Shown here piece after piece: positions 1 through 11,997 of a stretch of DNA of 64,000 bases. A program made the translations under genes and the position numbers. The stretch spans positions 3,348,001 to 3,412,000 of the forward strand of contig CATNEN010000037.1 of assembly GCA_950097015.1 (NCBI GenBank), written 5' to 3'. The stretch's first letter is position 1, and the number at the start of each line of letters is the position of its first letter. This DNA is from Macrostomum hystrix. Taxonomy: Eukaryota; Animalia; Platyhelminthes. The notes below the pieces were generated by a model, which had not been told where the DNA came from, made no database searches, and saw only the letters and a program-made list of their open reading frames with translations.

Positions 1-683
1 ATGACCACTAGAAAGCCAATCTTCAATGACCAATAGAAAGCCAATCTTCAATGACCAGTTGAAAAACAATCTTCAATGACCAGTTGAAAACCAATCTTCA
101 ATGACCACTAGAAAGCCAATCTTCAATGAGCAATAGAAAGCCAATCTTCAATGACCAATAGAAAGCCAATCTTCAATGACCAATAGAAAGCCAATCTTCA
201 ATGACCAATAGAAAGCCAATCTTCAATGACCAATAGAAAGCCAATCTTCAATGACCAGTTGAAAACCAATCTTCAATGACCAATAGAAAGCCAATCTTCA
301 ATGACCAATAGAAAGCCAATCTTCAATGACCAATAGAAAGCCAATCTTCAATGACCACTAGAAAGCCAATCTTTAATGACCAATAGAAAGCCAATCTTCA
401 ATGACCAGTTGAAAACCAATCTTCAATGACCAATAGAAAGCCAATCTTCAATGACCAGTTAAAAACCAATCTTCAATGACCAATAGAAAGCCAATCTTCA
501 CTGACCAATAGAAAGTCAATCTTCAATGACCAGTTAAAAACCAATCTTCAATGACCAATAGAAAGCCAATCTTCAATGACCAATAGAAAGCCAATCTTCA
601 ATGACCAGTTGAAAACCAATCTTCAATGACCACTAGAAAGCCAATCTTCAATGACCAATAGAAAGTCAATCTTCAATGACCAG
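1..683. repeat. 25-bp minisatellite (ATGACCAATAGAAAGCCAATCTTCA)n, intronic in the plakin gene
   Basis: Direct reading; about 27 copies with CAATAG/CAGTTG/CACTAG variants. Confidence 0.97.
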
Positions 684-730
684 AACATCATCCCATGTGT
701 ACAGTAATCTCAATTAGATGGCACACTGAC

Positions 731-3700
731 CTGGCCATGGTTTCAAGGGCCTCCGTGTCGGGTCCAAGGAGCGCCAGGCAGACGGACGGCAGGTCTAATT
801 CACCGCCGCCGCAGGTAGCAGATCGCTCCACTCGCCACACGTGCCGATCGGTCATATCAACAACCGTCAGCTCCTCGTCCATCAGGACATGACGACCCTC
901 CGGCGAGGTGTAGCTGCACAGAGCCACAGCGCGAGGCCTTTTTAACGGGGCGTCGTCCTTTCGACCCGGAATTCGATGATGCACCTGGCGGAGATGTACA
1001 GAAGGTTTTACGGATTCCTAAAACTGTCAAATTCCTAAAACTGTCGAATTCCTAAAACTGTCGAATTCCTAAAACTGTCGAATTCCTAAAACTGTCGAAT
1101 TCCTAAAACTGTCGAATTCCTAAAACTGTCGAATTCCTAAAACTGTCGAATTCCTAAAACTGTCGAATTCCTAAAACTGTCGAATTCCTAAAACTGTCGA
1201 ATTTCTAAAACTGTCGAATTCCTAAAACTGTCGAATTCCTAAAACTGTCGAATTCCTAAAACTGTCGAATTCCTAAAACTGTCGAATTCCTAAAACTGTC
1301 GAATTCCTAAAACTGTCGAATTCCTAAAACTGTCGAATTCCTAAAACTGTCGAATTCCTAAAACTGTCGAATTCCTAAAACTGTCGAATTCCTAAAACTG
1401 TCGAATTCCTAAAGCTGTCGAATTCCTAAAACTGTCGAATTCACAAAGTCCTGGAATCTTAGAGTTCTAGAGCTTTACCGGCTGCACGCTGCCACTGCGG
1501 CCCGCCAGCTCCTGCGCCCGCTGACCCAGCAGCATCAGGCGCGACAGGTGCGACCGCATGCAGCCGGCCAGCCGGCGGCACTCGAACGGCAGGCTGCCCA
1601 GCGAGCGTCGATCGTTGGACGACAGATCGGCGAACACGCGCGCCTTCTCCTGCTCCAGATGGGCGTCGATTTCCCGGGCCTCGAAGAAGAACTTTGGAAA
1701 TAGAAACGGATGGATAAAGCAGTAACGGACGCAAGTTTACTTGAGTGTACCAGAATGTACCAGAATGTACCAGAATGTACCAGAATGTAACAGAATGTGC
1801 CAAAATGTACCAGAATGTACCAGAATGTAACAGAATGTACCTGAATGTACCAGAATGTACCAGAATGTACAAAAATATACCAGAATGTACAAAAATATAC
1901 CAGAATGTACAAAAATGTACCAGAATGTTTCAGAATGTACCAGAATGTACAAAATTGTACCAGAATGTACCAGAATGTACCAGAATGTACTAAAATATAC
2001 CAGAATGTACCATAATCTACAAAAATGTACCAGAATGTACAAAAATATACCAGAATGTACTAGAATGTACCAGAATGTTCCAGAATTTGCAAGGTGTACC
2101 AGAATGTTTCAGAATGTTCAAGAATATAACATGACGATCTAGAATGTGCCATAATGTACCAGAATGATATACTAGAATGTACTAGAATCTAGAAATAGTC
2201 TAAAATGTAAGCGCTTGTACTACGAGGGCCTTTTATCGAGGGCCTACGAGAACGAAAATAAATACTCGTAGAATGTATTTGAGCGTATCGGAGTGTAAAG
2301 GATTTAATATGATCATTTACTAGGACAGGTGTCAAGAAAAAAGCAAGCAGAAAAACAATAAGTTCTCACACCTTGTGATATTCGGCGGCATAGGTGATGT
2401 GAATCTGTGACAAGCGAGACAGCTGAACAATCCAGGACCAGCAGTTGGCTACTTCGTCGCATTTCGGCTATTCGAATATTCCGGGGGGATGTTATGTGAA
2501 TCTGACCTCACCATAATAATAATTGCAGGAGGGCTGCGGGCAATGGCACATCATTTGGTGACAGTCGACTCGCAGCCAGCGAGGAGGCAATTCTGCCCAT
2601 TTTGCTGACTCCTGAGCACACACGCACACAGATACTGTACGCATTCATTCGCTCACACACGTGTGTACATCTGCCCTGACTTTCTCATCGTCAGTCAGTG
2701 TCACTGTGCCTTGGAGTTTGGCCCTCAAGGGGCCGTGAATTGCACGACATGCCTCCAAGCCTTCTTTCCGTGGCTGCGCCCCAAATAAATGTGGCCTCGC
2801 CGCGGAATCGAACTTAGGGACCTTGGCGCGAGAGGCTAACGCGTTAGACCGCTCTGCCGCTGACCCACCTCAGTCAGTGGGGTCAGTATTATTAAAACTA
2901 ATTATTATTACTATTATTAGCCTCACCATAGACTCATTGCCGCTAATTGCAGGCGGGCCACTGCTAACGGACCCCCGTCCAGACTTGTTGTTCAGCTCAG
3001 CGGCCCTGTCTGACACAGCGTTCACCAGAGTCTGCGAATGTGTTTCAATAGAAAACTTTTCAAAAACTTTTAACCCAAATAGTCTGTATTTGTCTGTATC
3101 AGATTGAGTCTGTATAACTTACCGACAGTTGAAGTTCTAGTGCTGAAATTTTGTCCATGTAAATCAGCTTCGATCGTCGATTGCTCAGCGATAACTGTCA
3201 ACAGTTTTCGGACAGGGGTGAAATTGCTGCTCGGAGTAACGACTAGATTGTGTATATACTCGAGAGGCATATGCTTGCAGTGCGGGAATTTTTACTGTGT
3301 AGAATTGTGCAGTGCTAATATAAATAAATTGTTATCGTGTTGCTACTACGCTCGTATGCTACTACGAGTACCTAGTAATAGTAAATATCGATATTACACG
3401 TGTACAGCCTGGCACAGCAGCAGCTGTTACTTTACAGCTGTTCAGTCCATGGACTGTGAAGAGGCCATAGCCACCCTTATACGACGTAGTTACCCCAACT
3501 AATGCTGATACCCATTTAGGATTGTTGTTAGTTTTAAAGACAACTATATAGATTTTATAGATGTAGTTAGTTAATAAGATACGAGTGCATTTCAATTTAT
3601 ATATCCATGCCGCTACTGCTTAGGCATAAAAATTACCCGTGTTCGTAAATTTCTCAATCCATTTGAATAGAAAGTCTAAAAATGAAAAATTTAAATTTAT

Positions 3701-4143
3701 TTGCTAATCATTAGGAGGCATATTCAGAATGTTGGCCTTTAATGTTGATGTGATTTTCTTTCATTAAAATATGAATTGAGCTTATTAGCACCAAGATAGC
3801 GCATAATTAAACTTCCTCAGACCTGATCGCCGAAGCTCTGGCCTCCAGCATCGATGGTTTTGTTGCTGACCGAGGACTCGCCGCTCAGGGTCTCCAACGA
3901 CCGCTGCAGACCGATGTGGGACACAAACAGCTCCGGGTTGGACTGGCTCTGCGGTGGGCAGAATGAAATTATCTAAATATACAGACCCTGAAGAAGGCCC
4001 AGCTTTGGCCGAAAATTTGGTCCATCGTACTATATATTAAAAAATCGGTATTTCAAAACATCTAGTACTGTGTGCGTGGATTGCCTCTGAGAGGCCTTCG
4101 CCTATCTATCTATCTATCCATCTATCCATCTATCTATCTATCC

Positions 4144-4236
<93 letters not shown>

Positions 4237-4237
4237 C

Positions 4238-4312
<75 letters not shown>

Positions 4313-4313
4313 C

Positions 4314-4354
<41 letters not shown>

Positions 4355-4355
4355 C

Positions 4356-4416
<61 letters not shown>

Positions 4417-4491
4417 CCTAATTAGTCATCCTTACCAGATTCCTTGAAACCAGAGCTGCCATGCCAGATTTTGAAACTGCTAACAGCTCGG
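731..4491 (-). CDS. Plakin-family (plectin/dystonin/shot-like) spectrin-repeat + SH3 gene, partial. Exons 4436-4491 (tentative), 3823-3948, 2927-3031, 2372-2467, 1479-1691, 731-984; continues left of the window
   Basis: GT-AG exons join in frame to give ...VANCWSWIVQLSRLSQIHITYAAEYHK|FFFEAREIDAHLEQ...RAQELAGRSGSVQP|VHHR...AVALCSYTSPEG...EELTVVDMTDRHVWRV...LPSVCLALLGPDTEAL. This parallels the plakin-domain pattern (QWSW..QL..AYFQFF...K.IVQLKPR..ALCDY..W.V...VPSVCF.VPPPN.EA) from recall. Most of these exons are missing from the ORF track. Confidence 0.8.
1012..1444. repeat. 17-bp minisatellite (AATTCCTAAAACTGTCG)n, intronic
   Basis: Nearly perfect array of about 25 copies filling the intron between plakin exons 1479-1691 and 731-984. 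Confidence 0.97.
1745..2200. repeat. 10-bp repeat (CAGAATGTAC)n, intronic
   Basis: Direct reading; source of the spurious MYQNVPECTR / YILVHSGTFW ORFs. Confidence 0.95.
2513..2866 (-). mobile_element. tRNA-derived SINE, copy 1 (in plakin intron)
   Basis: Minus strand starts GGGTCAGCGGCAGAGCGG (A box) then GTTCGATTCC (B box), a shared body and an (ATT)n tail. Homologous to copies at 39038, 40796 and 44103. Confidence 0.85.
4102..4420. repeat. (TATC)n / (GATA)n microsatellite
   Basis: Direct reading, about 80 units. Confidence 0.98.
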
Positions 4492-5686
4492 CTAGAATTA
4501 AAGATTTAACTAATCCGTAAGATATATTGTCTGTTATTGTGGCTTGCCGCACCAACACAAATTAGACCGTAAACAGATAGAATTCAGTTTTTATAGTAAA
4601 GAAAGAAGTAGAAGAGAATTTAAGAATTCAACAGAAGAGAAAAAGCTGCAGTACTATATTCGAGTTCTGCTCAGACCCCAATGTAAAAAGCACAAAGCAG
4701 CCATTGCTGCTCGGGCTTCTCTTGGTCAAACTCGCGGGGTGTTTATTGTAGTTGCATTTTGGCAGTGCGCCTAGGCGCTGCAGCGTTTGTTGGAGTCTGC
4801 GAACAAGGGGCTTTGGTTGCTGTCTGGCGGGGCAGTCGTGTCTGTAGCCCTTCATTGCCTGCCAGTCATTGCTCGGAGGGCAGAGTATGGATGGGGGTGG
4901 TCGTTAGCTCATTGTTGGGCAACTTAAATATAAGCTCTATGGAAGGCTTTGACTACGCGCCTGTGAGAACATTCAAATTGGTCCAAAATATATTAGTCAG
5001 TGGGCGTTGTCCACTCGAGGAAGAAAAGGTTTTAAGGCAATGGGCTTGTTTAGTTTTTCTGCTGCAGACTGCAGTTTTGCCATGCGGCTGCATTTCAGTC
5101 ATTCTGCATCGCGAATCGCAGTCAAAGCAATGTGAAAGTGAACAAAAGGCATTCGATCTATAGTTTTTTTATTTTATGCGACCATTAAAGCCAGAGACAC
5201 GCTGTGGCATTCACGCGCAGTAGTGTGAGCAGAAAATACTGCGGTGTGCAGAGATCGCTGCGGAAAGTTCCGATTAAAGAGAATCTGAAATATGGAGGCG
5301 AAAAGCCATTTTTGCTTCTGCATTGGCGTTTGTTAAAATTAAACCTCAGTGTGGCTCAGATCAGTCCATTTTCAATATTTGTTATGCAACGCATTTTATT
5401 TACTGAATGGGCTAGTAAATATTTCAGCGCTGAGCCGTGAACTCAGCTTAATGATTTGATCCCTGATTTGTGAGTCGCCTCGACCGCATCCTCATCCACT
5501 CTTTAGGCCAAAAAAAACAAATCTGGGGGCGTTATCGGACATTGTATATCTAATTTTACTTTCAAAACCGTCACATCCTAAATATAAAGAACTCAAAAAA
5601 TTCCCGTAACGAAGAAACCCAGCTTAAACAACTTAGACCACAGACACTACTACAGTATTATTACACAGATTATTACACTGATATAT

Positions 5687-6571
5687 ATATACCTTTTAAC
5701 AGTGTTGTTGGGCATAAGTGAAATTTATCTAGTCCAAGTGCTCCTACCACTGAGCGAAGTGAGTTTGATTTAGTCGCTTCAATTAGCTTGCAGCCATAGA
5801 CGGTGAATTCAATATAGTCGTTTTTAGCGCGCGCAACGAGATCGTGACTTTTATTTAGTCAAAGTGAAATGAATACGGTCAACGAGATCGTAAACTTTCA
5901 TAAAAGGCGCAAAAACACATAAGATGTGTAAGATGTAAGATGTACGGTGTAAGATGTAAGATGTAAGGTGTAAGATGCAATGGCAGCACACAACTAGTGA
6001 CCGTCAGGCAAACAAAACTGTTCAGTGTTCAATTAGGCAACGATGTCCTCCATGGCTATGCAGCGCGGTACATAGCGCAGACTTTCTCGGTGCCAGGCTT
6101 CGCAGTGCAGCTGTGTAACTGCGCTCATACAGTCTTCCAGTTCACGCTCCAGAATGCGTGCGCGGTGTTCCTGCAGCGTAATGCCTAACGCGGCACCTAC
6201 ATTCCTATCGCCAATTTGCCGTTGCAACTCCACTCGGGAGAGGGAGCGTTTGCATCTTACACCTTACATCTTACATCTTACACCTTACATCTTACATCTT
6301 ACACCTTACATCTTACATCTTACATCTTACACATCTTATGTGTTTTTGCGCCTTTTATGAAAGTTTACGATCTCGTTGACCGTATTCATTTCACTTTGAC
6401 TAAATAAAAGCTACGATCTCGTTGCGCGCGCTAAAAACGACTATATTGAATTCACCGTCTATGGCTGCAAGCTAATTGAAGCGACTAAATCAAACTCACT
6501 TCGCTCAGTGGTAGGAGCACTTGGACTAGATAAATTTCACTTATGCCCAACAACACTGTTAAAAGGTATAT
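5687..6571. mobile_element. Foldback-like inverted-repeat element: arms 5687-5980 and 6250-6571 around a 269-bp GC-richer spacer
   Basis: Right arm is the near-exact reverse complement of the left (ATATACCTTTTAACAGTG... / ...CACTGTTAAAAGGTATAT). Inner ends are (AAGATGT)n subrepeats of unequal length. Confidence 0.85.
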
Positions 6572-8318
6572 TACACGTATAGATGCTTGATAAATGCTTA
6601 CCGTCAAGGACCATCTACAGCTTACAAAACAGCTATTACAAAACAAAACTAGTAGATCCTACTAGTGGTCCTTGGTTACCATTTAAAGATAAATTCAGGA
6701 AAAAGACCTCCATCAGTGTATTTTACACGTAAATTAACACGTCATTAACAATTGACATCACACGATGCATAAACTTTTTAGAATACTTATTTCTCGCATG
6801 TGCAAGGCAGTCCTCAAAATGCGTATTTAAATACGCCACTTGCCACTTGCAGAATTACGAGTTTGTCGAAGTTAAAACAATAAATAAGGCTCAATCAAGC
6901 ATTTTTACAAGCTATTCTGGATGTTTTCTGTTTTGTAAACCATAAACGACATCTTTACACTTGCAGTAGTGTAACAGGAAGTGCACGGTTTTTTATGTTA
7001 ACTTTTTAATGCTAGGCCTAACTTATAGCTGATAACTATCACTTGTCGCCTCATCAATAATATAAATTATCGCCTCCGACTTACAAATAAAATTTTCTAC
7101 TACTGTCTTAAAAATTATTGTTTAAATCTGAGACTTGCATAATGACGCTAGTTTAAAAAACGATTCTTCGTTAAATTTATAAGTGATTGCAGGCAGTGAT
7201 TGCATTCAAGGAACTCTGTTAAACCTAATAAGTGCTACTTTACACAATTATTTCTGTGTCAGGGCCTTTCTTTAATAGTAATTATTCTACTATTGACACT
7301 AGGTTCGTACGGGCTAAATGACTAGTTTAGTCAATTAAATTACTTCATTAACTTTTGTCTTGAAGGCCCCTACACTACACTATTCCTTGTCCTTGATGTT
7401 GATATTACGAATTTACGTTCATGGTAAAAATTTATTCATTTTTTACGAGTGCCAAAACACAATTTGCGGGTGATATTTATTTATAATCGGGCTAATACTC
7501 ACTGCTTTAAACACTAATCCTTTTAGGGTCTGATGGAACAGTTGTCCATTTTGCATAGGCCCTACTTATATCTTATTGCTGGTAGAACACTTGTTTAGGC
7601 CTAATTAAATGTATTTTCTAAATGCGCAATTTGTTTTTATACTTTATTTAAGCACATATTACTTGTATGCATTTTTAACATGAATTAGGGCCTAGACCAT
7701 CGATCATGAAGTTAATGTAGGCATAGTTTGTATCATGTAAGTATTTAAATGTTAAATACAGGCATTATAGGTCTAATGGCAAAACATCCCACCTTTTTGA
7801 CACCCCTCATACCTTTAGCCTTTATGAAGCCTGATCAGACCTTCCAATGATGGAACCAGAAGTGCCTGGATTGTATCTTTAGCATTGTTCAGAGTGCCTA
7901 GTAACAGGCTTGGGTGATTCTCACGGGATTGCCACAGTACTGAAAAAACGTGTCTTTTCAAAAAATATATTTTATAATGTAATTTGAATGCTGTCCTGTT
8001 GAACCATTTGTGTTCTATCGATGTTTCCCTATGTGGGGCACTAAAGCTTTTTTTATAAATTCCATTTGTTTACATATTTTTAAATCACTAGAAATCATGA
8101 AAGTCTGTAAAAGCACCGTGTCTCACACATGTTAGTCAAAGATTAAGACTGGCTATCCTGCATTTTTGTTTGTTAAATTATTTTTTCACGTGGAATTAAT
8201 TTTACATGCTCTCACGAGTTCAGCACAGGCAATAAAAAATATTATGGGACATACAGAACACCCGAAAAGTTTAAGAAAGTTTGTTATAGTCAAGTCAGTT
8301 TAAACGTTAGTCTCCGGA

Positions 8319-9286
8319 TTACAGTGGGTAGTAATGGGTCACCCAGTACAGAAAGTTGCCGAAATGATGCTCATTTGGGTAGAGCCGGCGCCACAGGAAC
8401 TCCTGCAGGTGCGACTCGAAGAGCCCATCGCTGGTACCATGCCCCTGACGCAGCTTGGCCTTGCAGTGTGCCCAGCTGCCCTCGATTGTGTTGGTGTGCA
8501 CTGTCAGGTCCTGTGGGTCCACGAAATTGAGTCGATGGTTGACACTCTCATGGTTGAAGCCCATGGCAGCATGGCCGTTGTACGACTGCCATCCGTCAGT
8601 GATGACTTGGGAACTGGGCAGGATGTACTGCTGCAGAATAGGCAGCAGTGTTTCGGCACGTCGATTCTCAACCACCACCATCATGCATTTGTTACTGCCA
8701 CGCTCTACCATTCCAAGCACCCAGTGGCCCTCACGATAGTTGCCGACATGGTACGGTGGAAGAATTTGCTCTCGTCCACCTCCACTTCAATGTTCGGGCC
8801 ACCAAGCTGCATTGGGTGGTCAATGAGTACCTGGGCACACACATCGCGGCAGAAGTTGGCCCAGTCAACACTGGTATGCGGCTGCTGGATGTCACACTGC
8901 AGCATGATGTCCTTCAGTGGTGTCTTCAGTGCCCACCAGTACACAAAGTCCACCAGTTGGTTAAGCGCTAGGTGGCTTCTCTCAAAAAAGGAGCCCTTCC
9001 TTATGGACTCCTGGCCGTGACACTCCTTGCAAGCCCAAGCCCAGCCATCCACATACCAGTCACCCTGACGACGCTGTAGGCGCATTTGAGGTGCAGCAGG
9101 GCAATGGCACCGACGCTCGTTTGACAGCAGCCAGTATTTGGCCAGCCAGCGCATCAGAGACAGTGTGTCAGTGGTCAAAAGAGCCAAGTCCCGCATCCTT
9201 ATGAGCGGCAGGTCGCATAGTTCCGCAGTAGGTCTTATCTCAGCTGGTGGGATGATAGTAGTGGGAGCAGCTGGACGACCCGCCAT
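8319..9286 (-). pseudogene. Merlin / IS1595 (ISXO2-like) DDE transposase with a frameshift near 8750
   Basis: N-terminal Zn-finger-like CHCP...WACKEC, then VEVDESKF, ITDGWQSY, VNH...FVDP...HTNTIEGSW and HLQEFLWR motifs, split across ORFs 8705-9286 and 8319-8720. Confidence 0.88.
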
Positions 9287-10878
9287 GTGGATGTGCAGTG
9301 TGGCTGAAAAAAATGAAAAAATAATTTAATGAACGAAAATGCAGGATAGCCTTAAGACTTTCCCTTGTCAAAAGCGTTTGTGTTCAAGACGTCGTTGTTC
9401 TTTTATATGGCAATATATAACTAAAATAAGCATTAGGAAACATAATTTCTATTATAATTCAGCTATATCTACTTACTTTGTGGCTTTTATAAGTGTCTCA
9501 CAAAACTTAACTCATCGGATCTACGTCAGACCTCTTGACCTAAATTCGTCAGTAAAAAATTAGTGGTAGCATATTCAGTGCTAAATCCTCTTGCAAACAA
9601 AATATATATTTATGTGCTTTCATAAAACTATAGGCACACTACATACTATCTCTATTCAACTACAGAAAAACTAAAATGTAAAAAACAGATTTTTTTGAGT
9701 AAGCAGTTTGACTCATCGGATCTACATCGGGGAAATGTAAAATTCTCAGGATGTGTATTCTGTAAAACCGCAAATGCTATATCATATTATGAAGGGTACA
9801 TAGATGTCTCTAATGACATATGGCACTTTATTCTAGCCCCAATGGATTCCTTAATATTTGCATTTAATAGCAGTTTTACTCATAGGATCTACAGCCCTCA
9901 AAAGCGTAAATCCGATGAGTGATGAATGAAGAATTTGAATGAAGAATGATGAATTTGTCAATGAAGTGTTAAAAACTGCTTTAAACCACGTTTTACTGTA
10001 GCTTATATAATATACTGCAGTAATCGATGAAAAACAATCAAAATTGGCAAAAAAAACACTTTGGACACTAAAAGTGGCAACTCTGTGAGAACCACCCGCT
10101 TATGAATGATTAGAAAAGTGGGCCAAGAGCCATGTTTTGGCATAGGACTAGGGAATTCCTAGGGACTCAGTAAGGGTTTCAAAAATATGGTTGATCATTG
10201 ATGTGGTTGACAGTCATTTTGTCTGCCACCATTTTATCTGCCTAATATGATATAGTCATTTTGTCTGCTATGAATATAAAGTATTCACAAGTGAATATTT
10301 CCCAATAGGGCCTAATCTTAAATGTCTTCCATTGTTGAAAAGTGTTGAAAAGACCCATATATTTTTTAATTCTCACAAAGTGTAAATGCAAGCACACAAA
10401 ATGTAAATCCAAATGTAATTTAAATATAAAAGGCACAAAGTATTTCAAGCACAGCTTGACAAACCATGACAACTTGATTCGTGCACCCCCGATAAGAGCA
10501 AGGTGGATGTCAGGTAAAACTAGTGTGACAATTTTCTCATAAAATTCCAGCATTTTCCGAAACATTTCCAACACTTTCAGCGGCGAAACAAACCTATTTA
10601 CCTAGCACGAAAGCAGACATTGTTTTTAAACATGGAACCATGACTCCACGGGAGCATTGGAAAAGTGCTGTCCCGCCTGCAACATTCCTTGGGTTACGCA
10701 GACGCTCCAAAGTGGAAAAAGTGGCAGCCACAAATTCTGAACCCAAATAAGCGCTGTTTCAGGCTAGCAGAGGATTTAGCGCACTATCATCCATTTCATA
10801 CGCATTAGACGGAGCAAAGTGTTCAAACACGATTGAAAACGGCGACCTTTTGCGTAGAGTTGACTCGTCTGGCTGAAA

Positions 10879-11962
10879 TTACGCTTCTCCAGGAAATTTA
10901 GCTTCGAGTCGCTTGCTGATCTCTTCTTCTGAAGCTATGTCGTCAATCATTTCCTTGTGGTCTATGGGCAGTGTGTTGATGCGTTGATGTAGTGACATGT
11001 ATGCTTCGTCAATAGCCAATGACGACGTGCGTGAACCGAATGTGATGCACATAAGGTGCCACATCTCTTGAGCATTGCGAATGCAACGGGCCATTATGAG
11101 CAGCACGCAAGCACAACAAGAAGGCACTGCGCTGAGCCTTATTAGCTATGGATATCGTGCTTGCAACATGATGTAGGAAGTGCGCAGAGCATATAAAAAT
11201 AATCGGCGATGAGGGATGTGGCGTTGGTTCTGTCCTGAACCTCTGGCTCATTCAGATACCTGAAAATTATTATGTGATTATGGAAGATATACATGTACTC
11301 GTAGCTAAAAAATTATGAACAACAGAGACCTATACATTACAAATAGACAAACATATGTAAGGCTGTCAACAGCTAACTGTTCAGTCCATAAAATCGAGAG
11401 ACCGCGGCACCAATCTAAACTTATACCCCACATAATGATGGTCTCCACTTTACAGCTTGTTTGAACTGAGTTTGCAAAGTACATAGGCCTACATCAGAAC
11501 CTTCCTTAAAGACAACTCGCTTCCTTTGAAAAGAGATTCAAACTCTTGAACGTCGGGACGTTTGATGTCCAAAGCCCTGAAATGACGGATTAAAGAAATT
11601 TAACATGTCTATTGACTTGCCAATTGACATCGAGGCCTATTGCAGAGTGCAGAATTCCGTATATCAGTACCCAGCTGAAATCGATGACAATAACTTGTGG
11701 GCCTTTCTGGCCGGCTTCCCAAATGCCTGTATCGTTGTGCCTCGCAAAATCCAAGTGTAGAGTCAAGCCAGAAGGTAATGTCTTCCGTCCGCATCTTCTG
11801 CAAAATGGCCTTGGAAATCAGAACGGCGACAACTCTGTCCATCAACACAACAGCGCTGCAGCGCAACGTCTCGTGCTCAATGTATTTTGACCGGCGCACG
11901 AGGCCACCCATGATGTCAATGTGAATTGGTGTAAGCCAATCACGACGGAGTACATTTTGCAA
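10879..11962 (-). pseudogene. Degenerate Mutator-like (MULE/NOF-type) transposase relic
   Basis: Fragments in several frames: HIDIMGGLVRR, MRTEDITFWL, PQVIVIDFSWVLIYGIL, IFICSAHFLHHV, and MWHLMCITFGS. These resemble LDATGSVVRK / I..WL / ETDFSWAL / HLCSAHILK motifs recalled from invertebrate MULE-like transposases. Not database-verified. Confidence 0.45.
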
Positions 11963-11997
11963 AGTCTACCACATAGTCCGAGCCTGAAATGAGGTCA

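Noticed and set aside
8334-9020. 228-aa plus-strand ORF, and similar antisense ORFs over YJU2, the GPCRs, the vWA gene and innexin
   Set aside because: Antisense shadows of GC-rich coding sequence; the opposite strand carries the recognisable motifs.
9575-10785. GCTAAATCCTCT / AGAGGATTTAGC inverted 12-mers as TIRs of one element
   Set aside because: Too short, no TSD found, and the flanks do not extend.
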